A DNA stretch of 64,000 bases from the human T2T-CHM13v2.0 reference genome, Homo sapiens. This document shows, piece by piece, positions 28,342-42,594 of this stretch (position 1 is the stretch's first letter; every line of letters begins with the position of its first letter). Both the position numbers and the translations under genes were made by a program. The stretch lies in assembly GCF_009914755.1 (NCBI RefSeq), contig NC_060948.1; one strand, 5' to 3'. The notes beneath the pieces were generated by a model. That model was not told where the DNA came from, ran no database searches, and saw only the letters and a program-made list of their open reading frames with translations.

Positions 28342-31300
28342 AGGGAATGAAATTGAATCAACAGGAATGGAAGGGAATAGAATAGACGGTAATGGAATGG
28401 ACTCGAATAGAATGACACGAAAGCTCAAATTGAATGGACTCGAATGGAATGGAAACGAAAGGAATGTCATCGAATGGAATTGAATCGATTGGAATGAAAT
28501 CGCATAGAATGGAGTGGAATCAAATGGAATTGAATCGAAAGGAAAGGAAGCGAATGGACTGAAATGAAATGGAATGGAATTGAATGGAAAGTAATGCAAT
28601 GGAATAGAATGGAACGAAATTTCACGGAATGGAATCAAACTGAATGGAATCAAATCAATGGAATCAAATCAAATGGAATGGAAAGGAATTGAATGGAGTA
28701 GATTGGATTGGATGGGATTGGAATGAAATGTACTGGAAAGGACTCGAATTTCATGAAACGGAATGGAATGAATTGGAACGGAATGGACTCGAATGGAATG
28801 GAATGTCATGGAATGGCATCAAATGGAATGGCATCAAATGGAATGGAATCGAATGCAATGGAATGTTATGGAATGGAATGGAATGCATTCGAATGGAATG
28901 TCCTCTAATGGAATGGATTCGAGTGGAATGGAATCGAATATAATAGAGTCGAATGAAATGGAATTGAAAGGAATGGGATCGAATACAATGGAATATACTG
29001 GAATGTAATGTAATGAACTCGAATGTAATTGACTGGAATGGAATGTATATGAATGGAATGTAATCGAATGGAAAGTAATCCAATGGAATAGAATCTAATG
29101 CAATAAAATCGACTCAGATAGAGTAGAATGTAATGGAATGGAGTGCAGTGCAATGGAATGGAATGGAATGGAATGCAATTGAATGGAATGGAATGGAATG
29201 GAATGGAATGGAATGCAATGGAATGGGATGGAATGGTATGGAATGGATAGTAATGGACTGGAGTGAAATGGACTGGAAAGGAATGGACTCAAATTGAAAG
29301 GGCTCGAAAGGAATGGAGTCAAATGGAATGGTCTGGAATGGAATGAACACGAATGTAATGCAATCCAATAGAATGGAATCGAATGGCATGGAATATAAAG
29401 AAATGGAATCGAAGAGAATGGAAACAAATGGAATGGAATTGAATGGAATGGAATTGAATGGAATGGGAACGAATGGAGTGAAATTGTATGCAGTAGAAGG
29501 GAATAGAATGGAATGCAAGCGAAAGGAAAGGAATGGATTGGAATGGAATGGAATTCATTGGAATGGAAGGGAATGTAGTGTAATGGACAGGCCTGGAATA
29601 AAGTGGAATGCTACGGTCTCGAATGGAATAAAAATGTATGGAATGGAATGCAATGAAACGGAATCGAATGTCATAGAATGTAATGGAATGCAAAAAAATG
29701 GAATCCAAAATCATTGACTGGAAAGGCTGGGTGTCGAAAGGAATTGACTCCAATGGAATGGAATCGAATGGAATGGAAGTGAATAGAATCGAACTAAATC
29801 GAATGGAATGGAATTGATAGGAACGGAATGGAAAGGAATGCAATGATTTGGCATGGAATGGAATCGAATGGCATCGAATGGAATGGAATGGAATGCAATG
29901 GAATGGAATGTATTAGAATGTAATGAACTTTAATGGAATGTACTCGAATGGATTCGACTGGAATGGAATGTTCTGGAAGTGAATGGACTCCAATGGAATG
30001 GATTCAAAAGGAATGGAATCGTACGGAATGGAATCTAATGGAATGGAATTAAATGGAAGTGAATCAAATTGAATAGCACGGAATTGAATTGAATGGAATG
30101 GAATGCAATGGAATCTAATGAAACGGAAAGGAAAGGAATGGAATGGAATGGAATGGGCTGGAATGGAAAGGAATCGAAACGAATGGAATGGAATCGAACT
30201 GAAGAGACTGGAATGGAATGCACTGGAATGGAAGGGAGTGTAATGGAAGGTTCTCGAAAAAAATGGAATCGAATGGAATGGAATTGAATGGAACGGAATA
30301 GAGTCGAATGGAATTGAATGGAATGGAATGGACTAGAGTGAAATGGAATCGAACCACAAGGAATGGACAGGAATAGAATGGTCTCGAATTGAATGGAATC
30401 GTATGGAATGGCATCAAACGGAATGGAATGGACAGCCACGGAATGGAATGCACTCGAATGCAATGGAGTCGAAACTAATGGACTGGAATAGAATGGACTC
30501 GACTGGTACGGACTCCAATGGAATGGAATCGAATGGAAGGGAATCGAACGGAATGGACTCGAAGGGAAAAGACTGCAATGGAAAGGTCTCGAATGGAATG
30601 GAAATTAATGGAATGGAATGGAATCGAATGAAATGGAGTCAAAAGGAATGGAATCGAATGGCAAGAAATCGAATGTAATGGAATCGCAAGGAATTGATGT
30701 GAACGGAACGGAATGGAATGGAATCCAAAGGAATGGAATAGAATGGAATGGAATCGAATGGAAAGGACTCGAATGGAAATCACTCGAATAGAATGCAATT
30801 TAATAAAATAGGATCAAATGGAATGGAATGGAATGGAAAGGAATCGAAACGAAAGGAATGGAGACAGATGGAATGGAATGGAACAGAGAGCAATGGTATA
30901 GAATGGAATGGAATCATCTGGAATGGAATTGAATGGAATGGAATAATATGAAATGGAATGGAATGGAATGGAATGGAATGCCCTTGAATTAAATGGACTG
31001 GAATGGAATGGACTCGAACAGAGTGGAATGGAAAGTGTTGAGATAGAATGGAATGGACTCCTTTGGAATGGTGTAGTATGCAATGCAATCGACTGGCAGG
31101 GAATCAAAAGGAATGTAATCGAATGGATTGGACTGGAATGCAATGGACTCGAATAGATTGGAAACGGAGTGCAAAGGAATGGAATGGAATAGTATGGAAT
31201 GGAATGGAAAGGAATGGAGTGGAATAGACTAGAGTGGAATGGAATGGACTGGAAAGCAATGGACTGGAATGGAAGTTTCTTGAATGGACTGGAATCAAAC

Positions 31301-31909
31301 GGAATGGAATGCAATGCAATCAAATGGCATGGAATAAAATAGAATGAAAGAGAATCAAATGGTATTGAATAGAATGGAATCGAATGGATTGGAAAGGAAT
31401 AGAATGGAATGGAATGGAATTGACTCAAATGGAATGGACTAGAATGGAATGGATTCGAATGGAAGGCAAAGGAATGGAATCTATTGGAATGGACTGTAAT
31501 GGAATGGAATGGAAGGGATTGGAATGGACTCGAATGGAATGGACTGCAATAGAAAGGATTCGAATGGAATGAAAAAGAATTGAATGGAATAGAACAGAAT
31601 GGAATCAAATCGAATGAAATGGAATGGAATAGAAAGGAATGGAATGAAATGGAATGGAAAGGATTCGAATGGAATGCAATCGAATGGAATGGAATCGAAC
31701 GGAATGGAATAAAATGGAAGAAAACTGGCAAGAAATGGAATCGAAATGAATGGAGTGTTATGGAACGGACTCAAAAGGAATTGAATGTAATAGAATGGAG
31801 TGGAGTGGACTCGAATATAATGGACTGGAATGGAATGAAATCACATGGAATGGGAACGAATGGAATGGAATGGAAAGGAATGGAATCGAATGGAAAGGAA
31901 TCGAATGGA
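28342..31909 (+). repeat. Higher-order unit 9 (3568 bp)
   Basis: Landmark spacing. 1-bp deletion AATGACACG at ~28414. Confidence 0.9.
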
Positions 31910-34900
31910 AGGGAATGAAATTGAATCAACAGGAATGGAAGGGAATAGAATAGACGGTAATGGAATGGACTCGAATAGAATGGACACGAAAGCTCAAATT
32001 GAATGGACTCGAATGGAATGGAAACGAAAGGAATGTCATCGAATGGAATTGAATCGATTGGAATGAAATCGCATAGAATGGAGTGGAATCAAATGGAATT
32101 GAATCGAAAGGAAAGGAAGCGAAGGGACTGAAATGAAATGGAATGGAATTGAATGGAAAGTAATGCAATGGAATAGAATGGAACGAAATTTCACGGAATG
32201 GAATCAAACTGAATGGAATCAAATCAATGGAATCAAATCAAATGGAATGGAAAGGAATTGAATGGAGTAGATTGGATTGGATGGGATTGGAATGAAATGT
32301 ACTGGAAAGGACTCGAATTTCATGAAACGGAATGGAATGAATTGGAACGGAATGGACTCGAATGGAATGGAATGTCATGGAATGGCATCAAATGGAATGG
32401 CATCAAATGGAATGGAATCGAATGCAATGGAATGTTATGGAATGGAATGGAATGCATTGGAATGGAATGTCCTCTAACGGAATGGATTCGAGTGGAATGG
32501 AATCGAATATAATGGAGTCGAATGAAATGGAATTGAAAGGAATGGGATCGAATACAATGGAATATACTGGAATGTAATGTAATGAACTCGAATGTAATTG
32601 ACTGGAATGGAATGTATATGAATGGAATGTAATCGAATGTAAAGTAATCCAATGGAATAGAATCTAATGCAATAAAATCGACTCAGATAGAGTAGAATGT
32701 AATGGAATGGAGTGCAGTGCAATGGAATGGAATGGAATGGAATGCAATGGAATGGAATGGAATGGAATGGAATGGAATGGAATGGAATGGAATGGGATGG
32801 AATGGTATGGAATGGATAGTAATGGACTGGAGTGAAATGGACTGGAAAGGAATGGACTCAAATTGAAAGGGCTCGAAAGGAATGGAGTCAAATGGAATGG
32901 TCTGGAATGGAATGAACACGAATGTAATGCAATCCAATAGAATGGAATCGAATGGCATGGAATATAAAGAAATGGAATCGAAGAGAATGGAAACAAATGG
33001 AATGGAATTGAAGGGAATGGAATTGAATGGAATGGGAACGAATGGAGTGAAATTGTATGCAGTAGAAGGGAATAGAATGGAATGCAAGCGAAAGGAAAGG
33101 AATGGATTGCAATGGAATGGAATTCATTGGAATGGAAGGGAATGTAGTGTAATGGACAGGCCTGGAATAAAGTGGAATGCTACGGTCTCGAATGGAATAA
33201 AAATATATGGAATGGAATGCAATGAAACGGAATCGAATGTCATAGAATGTAATGGAATGCAACAAAATGGAATCCAAAATCATTGACTGGAAAGGCTGGG
33301 TGTCGAAAGGAATTGACTCCAATGGAATGGAATCGAATGGAATGGAAGTGAATAGAATCGAACTAAATCGAATGGAATGGAATTGATAGGAACGGAATGG
33401 AAAGGAATGCAATGATTTGGCATGGAATGGAATCGATTGGCATCGAATGGAATGGAATGGAATGCAATGGAATGGAATGTATTAGAATGTAATGAACTTT
33501 AATGGAATGTACTCGAATGGATTCGACTGGAATGGAATGTTCTGGAAGTGAATGGACTCCAATGGAATGGATTCAAAAGGAATGGAATCGTACGGAATGG
33601 AATCTAATGGAATGGAATTAAATGGAAATGAATCAAATTGAGTAGCACGGAATTGAATTGAATGGAATCGAATGCAATGGAATCTAATTAAACGGAAAGG
33701 AAAGGAATGGAATGGAATGGAATGGGCTGGAATGGAAAGGAATCGAAACGAATGGAATGGAATCGAACTGAAGAGACTGGAATGGAATGCACTGGAATGG
33801 AAGGGAGTGTAATGGAAGGTTCTCGAAAATAATGGAATCGAATGGAATGGAATTGAATGGAACGGAATAGAGTCGAATGGAATTGAATGGAATGGAATGG
33901 ACTAGAGTGAAATGGAATCGAACCACAAGGAATGGACATTAATAGAATGGTCTCGAATTGAATGGAATCGTATGGAATGGCATCAAACGGAATGGAATGG
34001 ACAGCCACGGAATAGAATGCACTCGAATGCAATGGAGTCGAAACTAATGGACTGGAATAGAATGGACTCGACTGGTACGGACTCCAATGGAATGTAATCG
34101 AATGGAAGGGAATCGAACGGAATGGACTCGAAGGGAAAAGACTGCAATGGAAAGGTCTCGAATGGAATGGAAATTAATGGAATGGAATGGAATCGAATGA
34201 AATGGAGTCAAAAGGAATGGAATCGAATGGCAAGAAATCGAATGTAATGGAATCGCAAGGAATTGATGTGAACGGAACGGAATGGAATGGAATCCAAAGG
34301 AATGGAATAGAATGGAATGGAATCGAATGGAAAGGACTCGAATGGAAATCACTCGAATAGAATGCAATTTAATAAAATAGGATCAAATGGAATGGAATGG
34401 AATGGAAAGGAATCGAAACGAAAGGAATGGAGACAGATGGAATGGAATGGAACAGAGAGCAATGGTATAGAATGGAATGGAATCATCTGGAATGGAATTG
34501 AATGGAATGGAATAATATGAAATGGAATGGAATGGAATGGAATGGAATGCCCTTGAATTAAATGGACTGGAATGGAATGGACTCGAACAGAGTGGAATGG
34601 AAAGTGTTGAGATAGAATGGAATGGACTCCTTTGGAATGGTGTAGTATGCAATGCAATCGACTGGCAGGGAATCAAAAAGAATGTAATCGAATGGATTGG
34701 ACTGGAATGCAATGGACTCGAATATATTGGAAACGGAATGCAAAGGAATGGAATGGAATAGTATGGAATGGAATGGAAAGGAATGGATTGGAATAGACTA
34801 GAGTGGAATGGAATGGACTGGAAAGCAATGGACTGGAATGGAACTTTCTTGAATGGACTGGAATCAAACGGAATGGAATGCAATGCAATCAAATGGCATG

Positions 34901-35478
34901 GAATAAAATAGAATGAAAGAGAATCAAATGGAATTGAATCGAATGGAATCGAATGGATTGGAAAGGAATAGAATGGAATGGAATGGAATGGACTCAAATG
35001 GAATGGACTAGAATGGAATGGATTCGAATGGAAGGCAAAGGAATGGAATCTATTGGAATGGACTGTAATGGAATGGAATGGAAGGGATTGGAATGGACTC
35101 GAATGGAATGGACTGCAATAGAAAGGATTCGAATGGAATGAAAAAGAATTGAATGGAATAGAACAGAATGGAATCAAATCGAATGAAATGGAATGGAATA
35201 GAAAGGAATGGAATGAAATGGAATGGAAAGGATTCGAATGGAATGCAATCGAATGGAATGGAATCGAACGGAATGTAATAAAATGGAAGAAAACTGGCAA
35301 GAAATGGAATCGAAATGAATGGAGTGTTATGGAACAGACTCAAAAGGAATTGAATGTAATAGAATGGAGTGGAGTGGACTCGAATATAATGGACTGGAAT
35401 GGAATGAAATCACATGGAATGGGAACGAATGGAATGGAATGGAAAGGAATGGAATCGAATGGAAAGGAATCGAATGGA
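31910..35478 (+). repeat. Higher-order unit 10 (3569 bp)
   Basis: Landmark spacing. Several private substitutions (e.g. GGACATTAATAG near 33935). Confidence 0.9.
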
Positions 35479-38400
35479 AGGGAATGAAATTGAATCAACA
35501 GGAATGGAAGGGAATAGAATAGACGGTAATGGAATGGACTCGAATAGAATGGACACGAATGCTCAAATTGAATGGACTCGAATGGAATGGAAACGAAAGG
35601 AATGTCATCGAATGGAATTGAATCGATTGGAATGAAATCGCATAGAATGGAGTGGAATCAAATGGAATTGAATCGAAAGGAAAGGAAGCGAATGGACTGA
35701 AATGAAATGGAATGGAATTGAATGGAAAGTAATGCAATGGAATAGAATGGAACGAAATTTCACGGAATGGAATCAAACTGAATGGAATCAAATCAATGGA
35801 ATCAAATCAAATGGAATGGAAAGGAATTGAATGGAGTAGATTGGATTGGATGGGATTGGAATGAAATGTACTGGAAAGGACTCGAATTTCATGAAACGGA
35901 ATGGAATGAATTGGAACGGAATGGACTCGAATGGAATGGAATGTCATGGAATGGCATCAAATAGAATGGCATCAAATGGAATGGAATCGAATGCAATGGA
36001 ATGCTATGGAATGGAATGGAATGCATTGGAATGGAATGTCCTCTAATGGAATGGATTCGAGTGGAATGGAATCGAATATAATGGAGTCGAATGAAATGGA
36101 ATTGAAAGGAATGGGATCGAATACAATGGAATATACTGGAATGTAATGTAATGAACTCGAATGTAATTGACTGGAATGGAATGTACATGAATGGAATGTA
36201 ATCGAATGGAAAGTAATCCAATGGAATAGAATCTAATGCAATAAAATCGACTCAGATAGAGTAGAATGTAATGGAATGGAGTGCAGTGCAATGGAATGGA
36301 ATGGAATGGAATGCAATGGAATGGAATGGAATGGAATGGAATGGAATGGAATGGAATGGGATGGGATGGAATGGTATGGAATGGATAGTAATGGACTGGA
36401 GTGAAATGGACTGGAAAGGAATGGACTCAAATTGAAAGGGCTCGAAAGGAATGGAGTCAAATGGAATGGTCTGGAATGGAATGAACACGAATGTAATGCA
36501 ATCCAATAGAATGGAATCGAATGGCATGGAATATAAAGAAATGGAATCGAAGAGAATGGAAACAAATGGAATGGAATTGAATGGAATGGAATTGAATCGA
36601 ATGGGAACGAATGGAGTGAAATTGTATGCAGTAGAAGGGAATAGAATGGAATGCAAGCGAAAGGAAAGGAATGGATTGGAATGGAATGGAATTCATTGGA
36701 ATGTAAGGGAATGTAGTGTAATGGACAGGCCTGGAATAAAGTGGAATGCTACGGTCTCGAATGGAATAAAAATGTATGGAATGGAATGCAATGAAACGGA
36801 ATCGAATGTCATAGAATGTAATGGAATGCAAAAAAATGGAATCCAAAATCATTGACTGGAAAGGCTGGGTGTCGAAAGGAATTGACTCCAATGGAATGGA
36901 ATCGAATGGAATGGAAGTGAATAGAATCGAACTAAATCGAATGGAATGGAATTGATAGGAACGGAATGGAAAGGAATGCAATGATTTGGCATGGAATGGA
37001 ATCGAATGGCATCGAATGGAATGGAATGGAATGCAATGGAATGGAATGTACTAGAATGTAATGAACTTTAATGGAATGTACTCGAATGGATTCGACTGGA
37101 ATGGAATGTTCTGGAAGTGAATGGACTCCAATGGAATGGATTCAAAAGGAATGGAATCGTACGGAATGGAATCTAATGGAATGGAATTAAATGGAAATGA
37201 ATCAAATTGAATAGCACGGAATTGAATTGAATGGAATGGAATGCAATGGAATCTAATGAAACGGAAAGGAAAGGAATGGAATGGAATGGAATGGGCTGGA
37301 ATGGAAAGGAATCGAAACGAATGGAATGGAATCGAACTGAACAGACTGGAATGGAATGCACTGGAATGGAAGGGAGTGTAATGGAAGGTTCTCGAAAAAA
37401 ATGGAATCGAATGGAATGGAATTGAATGGAACGGAATAGAGTCGAATGGAATTGAATGGAATGGAATGGACTAGAGTGAAATGGAATCGAACCTCAAGGA
37501 ATGGACAGGAATAGAATGGTCTCGAATTGAATGGAATCGTATGGAATGGTATCAAACGGAATGGAATGGACAGCCACGGAATGGAATGCACTCGAATGCA
37601 ATGGAGTCGAAACTAATGGACTGGAATAGAATGGACTCGACTGGTACGGACTCCAATGGAATTTAATCGAATGGAAGGGAATCGAACGGAATGGACTCGA
37701 AGGGAAAAGACTGCAATGGAAAGGTCTCGAATGGAATGGAAATTAATGGAATGGAATGGAATCGAATGAAATGGAGTCAAAAGGAATGGAATCGAATGGC
37801 AAGAAATCGAATGTAATGGAATCGCAAGGAATTGATGTGAACGGAACGGAATGGAATGGAATCCAAAGGAATGGAATAGAATGGAATGGAATCGAATGGA
37901 AAGGACTCGAATGGAAATCACTCGAATAGAATGCAATTTAATAAAATAGGATCAAATGTAATGGAATAGAATGGAAAGGAATCGAAACGAAAGGAATGGA
38001 GACAGATGGAATGGAATGGAACAGAGAGCAATGGTATAGAATGGAATGGAATCATCTGGAATGGAATTGAATGGAATGGAATAATATGAAATGGAATGGA
38101 ATGGAATGGAATGGAATGCCCTTGAATTAAATGGACTGGAATGGAATGGACTCGAACAGAGTGGAATGGAAAGTGTTGAGATAGAATGGAATGGACTCCT
38201 TTGGAATGGTGTAGTACGCAATGCAATCGACTGGCAGGGAATCAAAAGGAATGTAATCGAATGGATTGGACTGGAATGCAATGGACTCGAATAGATTGGA
38301 AACGGAATGCAAAGGAATGGAATGGAATAGTATGGAATGGAATGGAAAGGAATGGAGTGGAATAGACTAGAGTGGAATGGAATGGACTGGAAAGCAATGG

Positions 38401-39050
38401 ACTGGAATGGAACTTTCTTGAATGGACTGGAATCAAACGGAATGGAATGCAATGCAATCAAATGGCATGGAATAAAATAGAATGAAAGAGAATCAAATGG
38501 AATTGAATCGAATGGAATCGAATGGATTGGAAAGGAATAGAATGGAATGGAATGGAATTGACTCAAATGGAATGGACTAGAATGGAATGGATTCGAATGG
38601 AAGGCAAAGGAATGGAATCTATTGGAATGGACTGTAATGGAATGGAATGGAAGGGATTGGAATGGACTCGAATGGAATGGACTGCAATAGAAAGGATTCG
38701 AATGGAATGAAAAAGAATTGAATGGAATAGAACAGAATGGAATCAAATCGAATGAAATGGAATGGAATAGAAAGGAATGGAATGAAATGGAATGGAAAGG
38801 ATTCGAATGGAATGCAATCGAATGGAATGGAATCGAACGGAATGGAATAAAATGGAAGAAAACTGGCAAGAAATGGAATCGAAATGAATGGAGTGTTATG
38901 GAACGGACTCAAAAGGAATTGAATGTAATAGAATGGAGTGGAGTGGACTCGAATATAATGGACTGGAAGAATGGAATGAAATCACATGGAATGGGAACGA
39001 ATGGAATGGAATGGAAAGGAATGGAATCGAATGGAAAGGAATCGAATGGA
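35479..39050 (+). repeat. Higher-order unit 11 (3572 bp)
   Basis: Landmark spacing. 3-bp GAA insertion at ~38968. Confidence 0.9.
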
Positions 39051-42000
39051 AGGGAATGAAATTGAATCAACAGGAATGGAAGGGAATAGAATAGACGGTA
39101 ATGGAATGGACTCGAATAGAATGGACACGAATGCTCAAATTGAATGGACTCGAATGGAATGGAAACGAAAGGAATGTCATCGAATGGAATTGAATCGATT
39201 GGAATGAAATCGCATAGAATGGAGTGGAATCAAATGGAATTGAATCGAAAGGAAAGGAAGCGAATGGACTGAAATGAAATGGAATGGAATTGAATGGAAA
39301 GTAATGCAATGGAATAGAATGGAACGAAATTTCACGGAATGGAATCAAACTGAATGGAATCAAATCAATGGAATCAAATCAAATGGAATGGAAAGGAATT
39401 GAATGGAGTAGATTGGATTGGATGGGATTGGAATGAAATGTACTGGAAAGGACTCGAATTTCATGAAACGGAATGGAATGAATTGGAACGGAATGGACTC
39501 GAATGGAATGGAATGTCATGGAATGGCATCAAATGGAATGGCATCAAATGGAATGAAATCGAATGCAATGGAATGCTATGGAATGGAATGGAATGCATTG
39601 GAATGGAATGTCCTCTAATGGAATGGATTCGAGTGGAATGGAATCGAATATAATGGAGTCGAATGAAATGGAATTGAAAGGAATGGGATCGAATATAATG
39701 GAATATACTGGAATGTAATGTAATGAACTCGAATGCAATTGACTGGAATGGAATGTACATGAATGGAATGTAATCGAATGTAAAGTAATCCAATGGAATA
39801 GAATCTAATGCAATAAAATCGACTCAGATAGAGTAGAATGTAATGGAATGGAGTGCAGTGCAATGGAATGGAATGGAATGGAATGCAATGGAATGGAATG
39901 GAATGGAATGGAATGGGATGGAATGGTATGGAATGGATAGTAATGGACTGGAGTGAAATGGACTGGAAAGGAATGGACTCAAATTGAAAGGGCTCGAAAG
40001 GAATGGAGACAAATGGAATGGTCTGGAATGGAATGAACACGAATGTAATGCAATCCAATAGAATGGAGTCGAATGGCATGGAATATAAAGAAATGGAATC
40101 GAAGAGAATGGAAACAAATGGAATGGAATTGAATGGAATGGAATTGAATGGAATGGGAACGAATGGAGTGAAATTGTATGCAGTAGAAGAGAATAGAATG
40201 GAATGCAAGCGAAAGGAAAGGAATGGATTGGAATGGAATGGAATTCATTGGAATGGAAGGGAATGTAGTGTAATGGACAGGCCTGGAATAAAGTGGAATG
40301 CTACGGTCTCGAATGGAATAAAAATGTATGGAATGGAATGCAATGAAACGGAATCGAATGTCATAGAATGTAATGGAATGCAAAAAAATGGAATCCAAAA
40401 TCATTCACTGGAAAGGCTGGGTGTCGAAAGGAATTGACTCCAATGGAATGGAATCGAATGGAATGGAAGTGAATAGAATCGAACTAAATCGAATGGAATG
40501 GAATTGATAGGAACGGAATGGAAAGGAATGCAATGATTTGGCATGGAATGGAATCGAATGGCATCGAATGGAATGGAATGGAATGCAATGGAATGGAATG
40601 TATTAGAATGTAATGAACTTTAATGGAATGTACTCGAATGGATTCGACTGGAATGGAATGTTCTGGAAGTGAATGGACTCCAATGGAATGGATTCAAAAG
40701 GAATGGAATCGTACGGAATGGAATCTAATGGAATGGAATTAAATGGAAATGAAGCAAATTGAATAGCACGGAATTGAATTGAATGGAATGGAATGCAATG
40801 GAATCTAATGAAACGGAAAGGAAAGGAATGGAATGGAATGGAATGGGCTGGAATGGAAAGGAATCGAAACGAATGGAATGGAATCGAACTGAAGAGACTG
40901 GAATGGAATGCACTGTAATGGAAGGGAGTGTAATGGAAGGTTCTCGAAAATAATGGAATCGAATGGAATGGAATTGAATGGAACGGAATAGAGTCGAATG
41001 GAATTGAATGGAATGGAATGGACTAGAGTGAAATGGAATCGAACCACAAGGAATGGACAGGAATAGAATGGTCTCGAATTGAATGGAATCGTATGGAATG
41101 GCATCAAACGGAATGGAATGGACAGCCACGGAATGGAATGCACTCGAATGCACTGCAGTCGAAACTTATGGACTGGAATAGAATGGACTCGACTGGTACG
41201 GACTCCAATGGAATGGAATCGAATGGAAGGGATTCGAACGGAATGGACTCGAAGGGAAAAGACTGCAATGGAAAGGTCTCGAATGGAATGGAAATTAATG
41301 GAATGGAATGGAATCGAATGAAATGGAGTCAAAAGGAATGGAATCGAATGGCAAGAAATCGAATGTAATGGAATCGCAAGGAATTGATGTGAACGGAACG
41401 GAATGGAATGGAATCCAAAGGAATGGAATAGAATGGCATGGAATCGAATGGAAAGGACTCGAATGGAAATCACTCGAATAGAATGCAATTTAATAAAATA
41501 GGATCAAATGTAATGGAATGGAATGGAAAGGAATCGAAACGAAAGGAATGGAGACAGATGGAATGGAATGGAACAGAGAGCAATGGTATAGAATGGAATG
41601 GAATCATCTGGAATGGAATTGAATGGAATGGAATAATATGAAATGGAATGGAATGGAATGGAATGGAATGGAATGCCCTTGAATTAAATGGACTGGAATG
41701 GAATGGACTCGAACAGAGTGGAATGGAAAGTGTTGAGATAGAATGCAATGGACTCCTTCGGAATGGTCTAGTATGCAATGCAATCGACTGGCAGGGAATC
41801 AAAAGGAATGTAATCGAATGGATTGGACTGGAATGCAATGGACTCGAATAGATTGGAAACGGAATGCAAAGGAATGGAATGGAATAGTATGGAATGGAAT
41901 GGAAAGGAATGGAGTGGAATAGACTAGAGTGGAATGGAATGGACTGGAAAGCAATGGACTGGAATGGAACTTTCTTGAATGGACTGGAATCAAACGGAAT

Positions 42001-42594
42001 GGAATGCAATGCAATCAAATGGCATGGAATAAAATAGAATGAAAGAGAATCAAATGGAATTGAATCGAATGGAATCGAATGGATTGGAAAGGAATAGAAT
42101 GGAATGGAATGGAATTGACTCAAATGGAATGGACTAGAATGGAATGGATTCGAATGGAAGGCAAAGGAATGGAATCTATTGGAATGGACTGTAATGGAAT
42201 GGAATGGAAGGGATTGGAATGGACTCGAATGGAATGGACTGCAATAGAAAGGATTCGAATGGAATGAAAAAGAATTGAATGGAATAGAACAGAATGGAAT
42301 CAAATCGAATGAAATGGAATGGAATAGAAAGGAATGGAATGAAATGGAATGGAAAGGATTCGAATGGAATGCAATCGAATGGAATGGAATCGAACGGAAT
42401 GGAATAAAATGGAAGAAAACTGGCAAGAAATGGAATCGAAATGAATGGAGTGTTATGGAACGGACTCAAAAGGAATTGAATGTAATAGAATGGAGTGGAG
42501 TGGACTCGAATATAATGGACTGGAATGGAATGAAATCACATGGAATGGGAACGAATGGAATGGAATGGAAAGGAATGGAAAGGAATCGAATGGA
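39051..42594 (+). repeat. Higher-order unit 12 (3544 bp)
   Basis: Landmark spacing. Markers GAAGCAAATT, AAACTTATGG, GGATTCGAACG. Confidence 0.9.
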
